A DNA stretch of 64,000 nucleotides from a virus (lineage: Duplodnaviria; Heunggongvirae; Uroviricota; Caudoviricetes). A program made the translations under genes and the position numbers. Positions 51,941 to 62,469 of this stretch are shown here, one piece after another; the first letter of the stretch is position 1; the number at the start of each line of letters is the position of its first letter. Where the stretch lies: the IMG/VR virus record IMGVR_UViG_2850808358_000005; one strand, written 5' to 3'. The notes under the pieces are model-generated. The model searched no databases and was not told the DNA's origin. It saw nothing but the letters and a program-made list of their open reading frames with translations.

Positions 51941-52759
51941 ATGTGTCAGGTATTTGGTGTATCCAGGAGCGGTTATTACAACCGGGTACAGCATGAACCC
52001 TCAGACAGAAAACAAAGTGATGAGCGGCTAAAACTGGAGATTAAGGTGGCACATATCCGCACTCGCGAAACATATGGAACCCGGCGGCTCCAGACGGAGC
52101 TGGCAGAGAATGGCATCATCGTTGGTCGTGACCGACTGGCACGTCTTCGTAAGGAGCTAAGGCTACGCTGTAAGCAGAAACGCAAGTTCAGAGCGACTAC
52201 GAACCCGAACCACAATCTGCCAGTTGCGCCAAATCTGCTGAACCAGACGTTCGCTCCTACAGCACCAAATCAGGTCTGGGTGGCGGACCTGACGTATGTT
52301 GCCACACAGGAGGGATGGTTGTACCTCGCTGGCATCAAAGATGTTTATACGTGCGAAATTGTCGGCTACGCCATGGGAGAGCGCATGACAAAAGAGCTGA
52401 CAGGTAAAGCCCTGTTTATGGCGCTCAGGAGCCAGCGCCCACCTGCCGGGCTAATCCACCACTCTGATCGAGGTTCACAGTACTGCGCATACGATTACCG
52501 GGTCATACAGGAGCAGTTTGGTCTGAAAACATCAATGTCGCGTAAAGGTAACTGTTACGACAACGCTCCGATGGAAAGCTTCTGGGGAACGCTGAAAAAT
52601 GAGAGCCTGAGCCACTATCGTTTTAATAACCGGGATGAAGCCATCTCAGTAATACGGGAATACATTGAGATTTTCTACAATCGTCAGCGTCGTCACTCTC
52701 GTCTGGGGAATATCTCCCCGGCAGCCTTCAGGGAAAAATATCATCAGATGGCTGCTTAA
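51941..52759 (+). CDS. IS600 OrfB transposase
   Basis: 272 aa. Confidence 0.9.
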   Translation: MCQVFGVSRSGYYNRVQHEPSDRKQSDERLKLEIKVAHIRTRETYGTRRLQTELAENGIIVGRDRLARLRKELRLRCKQKRKFRATTNPNHNLPVAPNLLNQTFAPTAPNQVWVADLTYVATQEGWLYLAGIKDVYTCEIVGYAMGERMTKELTGKALFMALRSQRPPAGLIHHSDRGSQYCAYDYRVIQEQFGLKTSMSRKGNCYDNAPMESFWGTLKNESLSHYRFNNRDEAISVIREYIEIFYNRQRRHSRLGNISPAAFREKYHQMAA

Positions 52760-53114
52760 AAAAAGAACAAATGGTAGTGTCCGCTATTGCCAGTACACCT
52801 CATTCCAGACACGACCGTTCCATTCAAACGTGAACGGCTTCGCCTCCTGTTCTGTGCGCCATGCTTCAATTTCCTGACGTCTGGCCTCTCTGGCCGCTTC
52901 CAGCATTTCTGGTGTCACAGTGAATGGGGCTATCTCACCCCATTTGCCACTTTGCAGTTCCTGCCAGATTTGCTGACCCGTCGGTGCGACATCATCAGCG
53001 GTGGCTGTGTAGGGGACTGCCTGGTCTCTGTCGTCAAAAAAAACGTCACAGTCTACTGCGCCACTTTCGGTATAACGGGGATTAATGATTTTTTTAATTT
53101 CCACGGTGCATTCC

Positions 53115-54113
53115 TCACGATGTGCGAATAAAAAGCCCGGGCATTGCGCCAGAGACATGTGCATCCGGCACCCCGGACAGGGCGCAATATGACCCCGGTA
53201 ATGAATGCTCTGAACATCCCGTAATGAAAAATTGTGGGGATGCTATATACGTTCCGGTGGGAGTACTGGGCACTGAAATCCCCACCGGTCCCAGTCGTGA
53301 GCCTCTGTATGACAGCCCCCTGACAAGTCTGATGACTTTATCACCGTCAGCTTCTCCCTGGTACGCAGCAATAATCAGCCCGCCAATGTCAGGGTCTCCC
53401 CATCTGTTGCGGACAGAGCTCGCCACGATTCTGTAAATAATATCTTCTGTGGTTATATTTATTTTCACCCAGTCAGTCTGGATATGGGCCAGTAGCAGTA
53501 GCGGGTGTGATAAATGGGGCCGTTAATGCCGTAAAAAGTAAGGGATTTGGCTCTGTACCGCGGTTCTATTGTCTCAGGGTGTGCATCAGTCCACCGGATG
53601 CTGAGCACCCCTTCAAACCGTGTGTCGGGTATGATGCCCTGGCGGCCAGCAACGGAATACTCACCTGGCAGCGCATTCCTTACCCAGGCCAGGAAATCAC
53701 TCTTAGTGTCAAAACGGATAACATCTTCAGGCAGAAAAGCACACCCAAAGCCGAATGCGCCGGGTATCGCCAGACGGCCTTTTGTCCGGTCGTAAATGTC
53801 GCTCTGTGCTTCCATCGTGGCCGCACTTTTCAGCCCCAGATTATCCCGGGACTTCTGTTGTGCCTTTTCGCCTGCTGCTGCGATTTCAGACAGATGGTTA
53901 GCCGTTTTCAGAGTGCCGGTCAGCGCAGCATCAATGTCATTTTTGGCCTGTTCTGCTGCGCGGGCATAACCTGCGGCTGCCTGTGCACGCTGACCGGATA
54001 AGACGGCGTTTTTCCCCGTGCTTTTCACGTCTTCCGCTGTGGCCTTTCTGTTCTCAGCTGTGACGGTTGCATCCTGTCGGGCTTTCTCCGCAAAACGTTG
54101 TGCATCATCACGG
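53115..54113 (-). pseudogene. Side tail-fibre gene fragment, 5'-truncated by IS600 copy 5, internal stop
   Basis: ORFs 53465..54145 and 53115..53468 share ...AAAGYARAAEQAKNDIDAALTGTLKT... with 5495..6400. Confidence 0.6.
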
Positions 54114-54156
54114 TGAGGTGTACTGGCAATAGCGGACACTACCATTTGTTCTTTTT

Positions 54157-54975
54157 TTAAGCAGCCATCTGATGATATTTTTCCCTGAAGGCTGCCGGGG
54201 AGATATTCCCCAGACGAGAGTGACGACGCTGACGATTGTAGAAAATCTCAATGTATTCCCGTATTACTGAGATGGCTTCATCCCGGTTATTAAAACGATA
54301 GTGGCTCAGGCTCTCATTTTTCAGCGTTCCCCAGAAGCTTTCCATCGGAGCGTTGTCGTAACAGTTACCTTTACGCGACATTGATGTTTTCAGACCAAAC
54401 TGCTCCTGTATGACCCGGTAATCGTATGCGCAGTACTGTGAACCTCGATCAGAGTGGTGGATTAGCCCGGCAGGTGGGCGCTGGCTCCTGAGCGCCATAA
54501 ACAGGGCTTTACCTGTCAGCTCTTTTGTCATGCGCTCTCCCATGGCGTAGCCGACAATTTCGCACGTATAAACATCTTTGATGCCAGCGAGGTACAACCA
54601 TCCCTCCTGTGTGGCAACATACGTCAGGTCCGCCACCCAGACCTGATTTGGTGCTGTAGGAGCGAACGTCTGGTTCAGCAGATTTGGCGCAACTGGCAGA
54701 TTGTGGTTCGGGTTCGTAGTCGCTCTGAACTTGCGTTTCTGCTTACAGCGTAGCCTTAGCTCCTTACGAAGACGTGCCAGTCGGTCACGACCAACGATGA
54801 TGCCATTCTCTGCCAGCTCCGTCTGGAGCCGCCGGGTTCCATATGTTTCGCGAGTGCGGATATGTGCCACCTTAATCTCCTGTTTTAGCCGCTCATCACT
54901 TTGTTTTCTGTCTGAGGGTTCATGCTGTACCCGGTTGTAATAACCGCTCCTGGATACACCAAATACCTGACACAT
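54157..54975 (-). CDS. IS600 OrfB transposase
   Basis: 272 aa (ERLKQEIKV variant). Confidence 0.9.
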   Translation of the reverse strand: MCQVFGVSRSGYYNRVQHEPSDRKQSDERLKQEIKVAHIRTRETYGTRRLQTELAENGIIVGRDRLARLRKELRLRCKQKRKFRATTNPNHNLPVAPNLLNQTFAPTAPNQVWVADLTYVATQEGWLYLAGIKDVYTCEIVGYAMGERMTKELTGKALFMALRSQRPPAGLIHHSDRGSQYCAYDYRVIQEQFGLKTSMSRKGNCYDNAPMESFWGTLKNESLSHYRFNNRDEAISVIREYIEIFYNRQRRHSRLGNISPAAFREKYHQMAA

Positions 54976-55010
54976 CGCTTCAATGGGAAATTGTTGTCGC
55001 CATTGTTCGA

Positions 55011-55313
55011 TTAACGCGTATTTTTCAGCGACTCCTGTGCAAAATACGCTGTTGCTTTTTTTAATATATCTCGCTCAAGGCGAGCTTCATTTAACGCCTT
55101 ACGCAGTTGCAGAATTTCAGATTCCAGTTCAGCCACCGTGCGGGAACCAGGAGTACCGAGCCCTTTTCTGGCGGCGGTAACCCATTGTCCTAAAGTGCCT
55201 TCAGGAAGGGATAATCGGGAAGCGCCTTCACTGATCGAAAGTTGATTTTCAAGAACCGTTCTGACAGCTTCGGCTTTGAACTCTTTAGAGTAACGTTGGG
55301 TTTTTCTGCTCAT
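55011..55313 (-). CDS. IS600 OrfA
   Basis: 100 aa. Confidence 0.9.
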   Translation of the reverse strand: MSRKTQRYSKEFKAEAVRTVLENQLSISEGASRLSLPEGTLGQWVTAARKGLGTPGSRTVAELESEILQLRKALNEARLERDILKKATAYFAQESLKNTR

Positions 55314-55377
55314 TATTAGCTCCTTCTGATGCCATTCTATTTCAGGAAGGAGTGTCCGTTAAACTCAGGCTACCTCA

Positions 55378-56045
55378 GTGTCATTTTGCGCGGCTGCCAG
55401 TGTATTGAGCAAATTACCAACACCAGAAAAATAAGGCGAATAAGTGCTTTCTGCCGCCTTTAACTCTCCTGGAGTTGCCTGCAATTCATCAGCATTTTTC
55501 TGTTTCTCTACAACATTACGAGCCATCATGCCAAAGCCAAACGGCCCGGCAACGCCCATAACCGCAAGTTTTGTCCCCCACGATACGGTGGTTTTAAACA
55601 GGTTGTTTAATCTCGAAGTGGTCGTCCGTAGCGTAGAATTGATCTGCTTGTAAGTTTTCAGCGTCTGTTTGGCGTTTTTCCCCAGCCCGCTGAGGTACTT
55701 ATCAAACATCGTTTCGCCGCGACCTTTATAGTTGCTCACCAGCGAATCAGGTGTTTTCCCGCTGCCAACAAAGCGCCATTTTTCATCCCTTAAACGTCCA
55801 TCAGTGGAAGCAGCCAGAACTGGCGCGGGTGAAGATGGTTTCCTGGGAGCCTGATTGGCTTCTCCGCCTGTGGTTGTCTGCCAAGAGCCACCTCCCGGAC
55901 CGGTATTTGAAGGTATTTTAAGCGGCGTACCGGCAGGGCCAATCATCAGTCCGTTGCGATACTTTTCAAATATCGCCTCAAGCCGCCTGAGGTGTTCTTC
56001 ATTAACATCCAGCGTCAGAACTGGCATCTGGTTACCAGCCATCAC
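55378..56045 (-). pseudogene. Tape measure gene, N-terminal fragment (prophage 2) truncated by IS600
   Basis: 226-aa ORF whose 3' end runs into the IS terminus; position after the chaperone genes. Confidence 0.55.
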
Positions 56046-56735
56046 AATACTCCTGCGGGATTTTTGAATTTGAGCAGCTCACGAAACTGAGCTGCTGTTT
56101 TTACATTTAGGCCGGAATCTGCACAGATGTCTCTGAATCCGGCTCCGGCTGAGTAGTCGAGGATGTCGCTGATGACGTGTTCGCCGTCGCGCCAGAACTG
56201 GCGGCTGATTTCAATGTCGGCAATGAAGCGATCCATTCCGTAAGATTCAATAACGAGCATTGAGTGCTCCATACTCCATTGACCACATCCATAGTCCCCT
56301 TCGCCTGCTCCGGTGAATTTATCGACGAGACGCATGTAAAAAAATGAGCTCACCCGCCACTTCATCCAAATCAATGATTTCACGCTCCAGCGCCATATCG
56401 AGAGGGATTGTGTCGTAGCCTTTACCCTCCACTGGGTAAACAAGGTTTGCCAGGCGAATGACCTCATTAACAAGTGTATTACGGACCCCTTTATCACCTT
56501 CCCAGATATTAGAATCACGCGAGATCCGCTCCAGCATCAAAAAAGCGATACGCGGACCCGCAACGACGCCAAGACCTTCTGAAAAAATGGCAGAAAAAGT
56601 TTTACTCAGAATGAAGAAATGCTCTTTAAACACCTCTTTGCTGATCGGCGTGGCATGGATCCAGCCATTACCCTTTTCTGTCCGGACAGGAATAATCAGG
56701 TTTAAATTTCGCGCGATTTTCATACCAGATCCCAC
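56042..56735 (-). CDS. Tail assembly chaperone pair (G-like 56319..56735; -1 frame extension 56042..56518)
   Basis: Two overlapping ORFs in frames 0 and -1 between the tube and tape-measure genes. Confidence 0.55.
56337..56344 (-). other. Candidate programmed -1 frameshift slippery site TTTTTTTA
   Basis: Located at the end of the G-like ORF where the -1 ORF continues (...SSFFYMRLVDKF...). Confidence 0.45.
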
Positions 56736-57163
56736 ATTTCAGAGTTGATGTAATACGTACCAGTAATGGTGATGGCCACACCCGGCTCGCCCCCGGCGAA
56801 GGTCATATCCTGCACGTTGGTGATCGCCGTGTTATAGATATCGAAGTCACCGAACACCGTGCTGTCGCTATACACTTTTGCGTCGCCGATCGTGGCATTC
56901 TTTTTCCATTGCGCCTTGAATTGTTTTCCCAGCGCCTGGCTACGCAGCAGATGAACACGCGCCTGTAAAATCATGTATGGCTGCGGCGACTGCACGGCTC
57001 CCGTCATAGCGGGTAAAAACTCCGTGATATTGCCCTGAAAGGACAATTCGACGCCTTCTTTTGCCAGAAATGAGGCGGACACATTCAGTTCAGAATGGGA
57101 GGTGAATTTAACGCTGGCGCGAACCCGGTTAAGGGTGCCAACGGGGATCATTGGATTAGGCAC
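56720..57163 (-). CDS. Tail tube protein (prophage 2)
   Basis: 147 aa between sheath and chaperone genes. Confidence 0.5.
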   Translation of the reverse strand: MPNPMIPVGTLNRVRASVKFTSHSELNVSASFLAKEGVELSFQGNITEFLPAMTGAVQSPQPYMILQARVHLLRSQALGKQFKAQWKKNATIGDAKVYSDSTVFGDFDIYNTAITNVQDMTFAGGEPGVAITITGTYYINSEMWDLV

Positions 57164-57174
57164 GGTTCAGTCCC

Positions 57175-58239
57175 TCACGAAAGCTGCATTGTCACATTGA
57201 TGTTAAAAATGATTTCGACAAATCCGCGCATCGGCGTATAGGAGGCCGAAAGGCCTGCATAACGCCCGATACCGTAATCATTGGGATTAGTGTTGATATA
57301 CTGGCGGAAAGGCACTGCATCGACGACAGGCTGACCGTTGACCAGGCCGTAAGATACGCCCGTATTGAACACCGCCTGTGCGACCTGCTGTAGACGGTCG
57401 ATCCCGTCCTGGTTGTAGTAAAGCGGGTTAATTGAGTTATTGCTGCCGTTGATCACCGTGTTGGCGAGCTGCATATCGACATTAATCTGCACCCAGTCCA
57501 CGGAATACCAGTACGTCATATCGTTACCGTCACTGGTAACGCCTTTCACCAGAATCGTGTTGGAAATTCCCCCTCAGCCCCCGTGTCGACGTAGTTAATA
57601 TTCTGCTTCGTCATCGTGACCAGAATTGAATTTTTGCCCGTGTGGGCGTTTACCGCCTGTAGATAGCGAAATGCCATCGGCGGCACCTTGTTGATTTCTG
57701 AAGGTGATGCGGAAACATAGTTCCACATTACGGCTGCTGCCGCGTTTGTCGCCGGGTACGTATCATCCGCCGTTGCAATAACCGACTTAATACCGGCATA
57801 AGGCGAAACGTAATTCGTGTCGTCCGGCGTTTTCGTCAGCACGAAGAAATACTGCATCGCTTCGTTGGCGGTGTGGAGTTTTGCCAGACTGATAAACTCT
57901 GCGTCACCATCCCACGGCTGCGGCACCAGATACGCATAAAAACGCAGGAGCGGATCTTCCATATAAGCTTTCAGTGCAGCGATTTCCTTACTGACTCCAC
58001 CTTTCTGTACTCCCAGCTCCAGCAGGTAAATCCCAACTGAATTTCCCTGGGCAAAAAAACGTGTTTACTGCCGTCACCAGATTTTCACTGCCAACAATGG
58101 AAAACTGCCCCAGTGTCACTGGCGAACCGGAAAGCTGAGAATCAGCAATCGTCCAGGTCAGTGTTTTTTCATCCGTGACGGTAGCAGTATATTCGCCATT
58201 CCACGCGTCGGGCGAACACCCGGAAACAACAATTTTCAC
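57175..58239 (-). pseudogene. Tail sheath gene, fragmented by frameshifts/stop
   Basis: Three consecutive ORF fragments (57988..58239, 57546..57962, 57175..57549) in different frames. Confidence 0.5.
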
Positions 58240-58511
58240 CTCAGAACTGTTTTCGCGTCGGATGTTGCTCCTTCCGGAAGCGTCATCGTAACGGTGACGT
58301 TTGCCGCAGATTTTCCTGCAGCAGCCGCCGACAACGCAGCAATCGGATTTCTTACCAGATCGTTAATATCCTGATTACGGGTGAGTAATACAGGCTTTCC
58401 CGGCTCATGAGTCGTGGAGCCAAACGAGAGAACAGCAGACATCTGCTGCAAATTCGAGGGAATGGCCCCGATGGTCTGGGACACATTCACCGTGACGATA
58501 TTAAACCCCAT
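58236..58511 (-). CDS. Phage structural protein, hypothetical
   Basis: 91-aa ORF. Confidence 0.3.
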   Translation of the reverse strand: MGFNIVTVNVSQTIGAIPSNLQQMSAVLSFGSTTHEPGKPVLLTRNQDINDLVRNPIAALSAAAAGKSAANVTVTMTLPEGATSDAKTVLR

Positions 58512-59455
58512 TATTTAACCTCATATTTACAAATGACTTTTTCAATCAACTGCCGGGATATTTCCCGGGCGGTGCTCTGGTAGTAATTCACGTCAAAATC
58601 GACAATCTTTTTCTTCGCCAGAGCGTTGATTTCAACCTGTCCCGACTTTGCGTCCTGAACCACCGGAATATTGGTTACACCAAACTTTTCCTCCTCCAGC
58701 GCCCTGTTCACCACCGAGTCGACAAGATCCAGCGCCATTTTATTGCTGAATCCATAAAGCGTCAGGCGAACCGAATCCTGGACGAGCTGGAATCGCTCAC
58801 CACCGAAAACAACGGGAGCCACCTGCAATGGAATACTGTTGCGAACATCCACCGCGATATACGGAGGGCGAAGGTTCTGCGGTACCAGGTAAGACGGATA
58901 CACGGTCGCGGCATCTTTCATTTGCAGCCAGATCGGGATGCTGTTGGATATGATCTGCTCGTCGCTGATATCCTCCTCGCAGTCGATAATCTGGGAACGC
59001 ATGGTTGGCAAAATCGCCATGCCGCGATAATGAAAAATACCCGACTGCTGATAGCGGCTCTCCATTCGAGAAAAAGCGAACTGGACGCCGCCGTACTCAC
59101 CGAGATAGATCGCATCGGGATTTTCCACATTAAAATCATCAACCTGCTGAACAGGCGTGAAAATAATGTTGTTCACATCCTTCGAGACAGACTCGTCCTG
59201 AATCGCAATAATCTGACGATGCAGGCTGCCTTTGATTTTCAGACGAGTTGGTGACTCAATATTCAGACGACACAGTTCATCGCAACTGATGATTTCCGCA
59301 TTAACCCAATAGACAAAGCCATCCAGCGGCAGAACCTGCCGGACATAGAGCCTGAACGTGATTTCCTGGTCTGACGAGATGGTTTCAACTGCGGATTTAA
59401 GAACGGACGAGAGCTGCGAACTGTGCTGTTCGGCTAATTCTTCAAGACTCGGCAT
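58511..59455 (-). CDS. Phage structural protein (neck/tail region), hypothetical
   Basis: 314-aa ORF. Confidence 0.35.
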   Translation of the reverse strand: MPSLEELAEQHSSQLSSVLKSAVETISSDQEITFRLYVRQVLPLDGFVYWVNAEIISCDELCRLNIESPTRLKIKGSLHRQIIAIQDESVSKDVNNIIFTPVQQVDDFNVENPDAIYLGEYGGVQFAFSRMESRYQQSGIFHYRGMAILPTMRSQIIDCEEDISDEQIISNSIPIWLQMKDAATVYPSYLVPQNLRPPYIAVDVRNSIPLQVAPVVFGGERFQLVQDSVRLTLYGFSNKMALDLVDSVVNRALEEEKFGVTNIPVVQDAKSGQVEINALAKKKIVDFDVNYYQSTAREISRQLIEKVICKYEVK

Positions 59456-59897
59456 TGTTATCTATCCACGCTATAAAGCTGCCCTTAAACAGGCCGCCAT
59501 CTATGAATGACGGGCGCCGCTCCCCGGTATATTTGTCCTTAAGCCTTGAGTTAACACCCTGTAACGCAGCCTGGGTTGGGACCTGATTTCCGTTGATCGT
59601 CATTCCGGCCATTTCTTCGGTTTCAAGAAATATATGGAAAATCTTCCCGGTCCCTTCCAGAAAATGCTCGCCAGGTAGCGGAGCCTTATACTTGAAGTGA
59701 TTGACCAACTGGTACGCCAGTTCAGTACCTGCCTCCTGGATAATCTCGTCCTTATGCATTTCCCAGAAGTGCGTAAAAATTTCGTATCGCTCCTCGAGGT
59801 CACAGGCCACGTCAAACGTGGTTTTTCCCAGTTCGTCGCCGTAGTCATACGGCTGGTCGATAACCCCAAAACAAAGTTTCATGGCGTGTAACCCCAT
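59442..59897 (-). CDS. Phage structural protein, hypothetical
   Basis: 151-aa ORF. Confidence 0.3.
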   Translation of the reverse strand: MGLHAMKLCFGVIDQPYDYGDELGKTTFDVACDLEERYEIFTHFWEMHKDEIIQEAGTELAYQLVNHFKYKAPLPGEHFLEGTGKIFHIFLETEEMAGMTINGNQVPTQAALQGVNSRLKDKYTGERRPSFIDGGLFKGSFIAWIDNNAES

Positions 59898-60319
59898 ACC
59901 GTGCCCATCTGCATCAGCACCGCAACAACCTGTCGTCCATACGGATCCTGTAACATCTGCAAATCCAGCAAAGACAGATTACTCAGCGCGTCGCTGATGG
60001 TGATCGAACCAGATGTCCCCTGGTCTGCTGCCGCGCTGACAAGCCCGGTAGCCAGTTTCCCAAGGTTGAGTTTTTTTCTCAGGTCGGCAAACCGCGAGCC
60101 GGGAGCGAAATTCAGGAGAAATGAGGCGGCAGCGTTATAAACCGTTCGCACATAGATGATGGGTAAACGCTCCAGCCCCTGATCGTGAGGGATTAGCTCC
60201 ATAGCAGACTGAAAGCAACATTCCAGCGTCGGATCATCGTCAGCAATAGCGTGAACCGATACTTTCATGTCGTCACGAACAAAGCGAATAAATCCCTCCA
60301 GTGACGGACGCAAGGTCAT
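59879..60319 (-). CDS. Phage head-tail protein, hypothetical
   Basis: 146-aa ORF. Confidence 0.3.
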   Translation of the reverse strand: MTLRPSLEGFIRFVRDDMKVSVHAIADDDPTLECCFQSAMELIPHDQGLERLPIIYVRTVYNAAASFLLNFAPGSRFADLRKKLNLGKLATGLVSAAADQGTSGSITISDALSNLSLLDLQMLQDPYGRQVVAVLMQMGTVWGYTP

Positions 60320-60603
60320 TATTTTTTAACCTTAATATTTCGCTTTGTGCTGGGCGGATTTTCCTGTTCAGTGTTAATCGCTTCCCCGGTGATTTCCATT
60401 TCAATACCACCCGGTTGAGGTTTTTCGCCACTTTGAATCACTGCCTGATCCACTGCGTTATTCAGCGATACGGCGCTGGCTGCAAGAATTTCTTCTGACA
60501 GGGATTCCAGATTTTCCGTTTTCTGCTCCGCGCAATCCTCAATGCGACCGACGCTCACAGGTTTATCGATGGAATAGCAGATACCGGAAAAATTCTTGTC
60601 CAC
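60319..60603 (-). CDS. Phage head-tail protein, hypothetical
   Basis: 94-aa ORF. Confidence 0.3.
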   Translation of the reverse strand: MDKNFSGICYSIDKPVSVGRIEDCAEQKTENLESLSEEILAASAVSLNNAVDQAVIQSGEKPQPGGIEMEITGEAINTEQENPPSTKRNIKVKK

Positions 60604-60630
60604 CTTGTCACAACGCTGGAATCCGTAAGG

Positions 60631-60816
60631 CTAATGCTGTCGGATGATGTGGTCGATAATATCGGACTGATTTTCGATCATATGCTGACGTCCGGACGGA
60701 ATTGTCACACCGAACGACTGCGTTTTTTCGGGGAGTTTGTAGTTGAACGTGTGCGGCTGACGTGAGCAGTTAGCGATGTAGAGCTTCATAAATTTTTCCC
60801 ACAAAAAAGGGAGCAT
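60631..60816 (-). CDS. Small phage protein, hypothetical
   Basis: 61-aa ORF. Confidence 0.25.
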   Translation of the reverse strand: MLPFLWEKFMKLYIANCSRQPHTFNYKLPEKTQSFGVTIPSGRQHMIENQSDIIDHIIRQH

Positions 60817-60845
60817 TTAGCTCCCCGCGTTATCAGATTGAACGT

Positions 60846-61874
60846 TTATGCGTATTTGGCAGACAACAGGGTGATCCCCTCAGGGCGGAAGTTCCAGCCC
60901 GGCGTCGCGCGCATGGTATACAACGTGGTCAGGCCGCCATCCGGCATAGGGGACGGGATTTCCGTCGGCGCTGCCATATCACAGAACATCACGTTGACGG
61001 CCTGCTGGTTAGGTACCAGCGGGGAGAAAATATTGGTGTTAATGGTGTGACGCGCTTCCGGAACCTCAATCGTCGGGTTCGTAACGATGATCAGGTCATT
61101 ACCACCAGCGCCTTTACCGATCAGCGTGTCGTCCTGGCAGAACATGATGTCGTCGCCTGTCGCCTTATCGGCGACGTCTTTAACCATCGTTCCCACCGTT
61201 CCGGTACCACCACCAGGACGCTGGTAACTGGTCAGCTCAACAATTCCTGTCCACTCCAGCGCCTTCATGAATCGCTGTGGGCTCAGAATAACAGTCGTTA
61301 ATGGCTGCCCCAGCAGCAACATGCGGGTTTTCTGGTCAGCAATCAGGCCAAGCATAAATTTAGCCATCTCGCCGGAATCCCAGGTGGTGTACGAATCGTT
61401 ACCTTTGCTGTCGTTGCCCAGATTCAGCGTCACTGCGTTCGGTGAGTTGGTGATCCCCTCGTTATTAGCTGCATTCACGCCATACAGCAGCATATTACGC
61501 AACATTTGAGCGTGTCCCTGACGGTTAGCCAGGCGCAGGCCTTCAATCAGAGAATAGCCCCAGCGATCTGCTGCATCAGTATCGAGATAGCTGTATTGCG
61601 AGCGGGAAGAAATTCGGTAAGTCATCATTCCGTCATAGCCGCCAGAGATACTGGAAGACGGTAACTGACCCGGCAGAGACTGGCTGACCTGCGCCTGCGA
61701 GGTCATGCGCAGATATTTCTGATAGACCATCAAATCACTGGAACTGATTTTTACCGCTGGAGCACCACCGGCCAGGACTTCAAACGCCCCGGAAGCCATG
61801 CTCTGTTGCACGATCATTTCCGGCAGCACCATTGACGGCGACACAATAGTAGTCGCAGGAGTAAATGCGCTCAT
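60846..61874 (-). CDS. Major capsid protein (prophage 2)
   Basis: 342 aa; largest head ORF, downstream of the decoration/scaffold-like gene. Confidence 0.55.
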   Translation of the reverse strand: MSAFTPATTIVSPSMVLPEMIVQQSMASGAFEVLAGGAPAVKISSSDLMVYQKYLRMTSQAQVSQSLPGQLPSSSISGGYDGMMTYRISSRSQYSYLDTDAADRWGYSLIEGLRLANRQGHAQMLRNMLLYGVNAANNEGITNSPNAVTLNLGNDSKGNDSYTTWDSGEMAKFMLGLIADQKTRMLLLGQPLTTVILSPQRFMKALEWTGIVELTSYQRPGGGTGTVGTMVKDVADKATGDDIMFCQDDTLIGKGAGGNDLIIVTNPTIEVPEARHTINTNIFSPLVPNQQAVNVMFCDMAAPTEIPSPMPDGGLTTLYTMRATPGWNFRPEGITLLSAKYA

Positions 61875-62469
61875 TAATTAATATCCCCTTAAATTAAAAA
61901 CAGGCCGCACGGTTTGCCGATTTCCCAGACAACGTTACCACCATCCTCTTTTTTCACCGTCAGGTTTCCGTCAACTGAAACCATCAGCAGCTTAATATCC
62001 ACTTTCGGATTAGCGCCGGGTGATCCCGAATAAACATCAACCATGTTTTTCGTCAGATCCCACACAAAACCACTGGCAGCAACGGTGTTATTTCCATCAG
62101 CCAGCGCAACAACTTCTGCACTGACAGGGAGAGGAATGCGGGCACCTGAGCCAACGCGGTAATAGTGAACAAAGCCACCCGCGAGATATAACGGCACCGG
62201 ATTATCCGGCGTGGTAATGCCATGAAATGCCTGATTAAAGACAGTAAAGGCGTTACAGGCGTCCTTCGTGGCTTGTTTAATTACCGCGCCGTTAACGCTG
62301 TCTTTCGCGGGGGCAATGCACTCCATAACTCCAACGCCACCCCATACCGGTTCAGTGATTTTGCTGTCCAGTCGACCGGAGCAAAGTTGCAGACGAATTG
62401 CCGGATCATCCTGCGCATCCCCCTGCATCAGCCCACGGGATTCGACGTTAAAAAGGCCACCAAATGCTC

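Larger units (their letters stand above)
51539..52802 (+). mobile_element. IS600 copy 4, 1264 bp, TSD TTC
   Basis: TTC at 51536..51538 and 52803..52805; the uninterrupted site cagcaTTCcagacacg is present in the first repeat copy at ~3551..3566. Confidence 0.9.
51274..53164 (-). pseudogene. Tail-fibre assembly/chaperone-like gene interrupted by IS600 copy 4
   Basis: N-terminal part 52803..53164 and C-terminal part 51274..51538 flank the IS. Confidence 0.5.
54114..55377 (-). mobile_element. IS600 copy 5, 1264 bp, no TSD
   Basis: Flanks cgg versus gtg; joins tail-fibre fragment to tape-measure fragment. Confidence 0.9.
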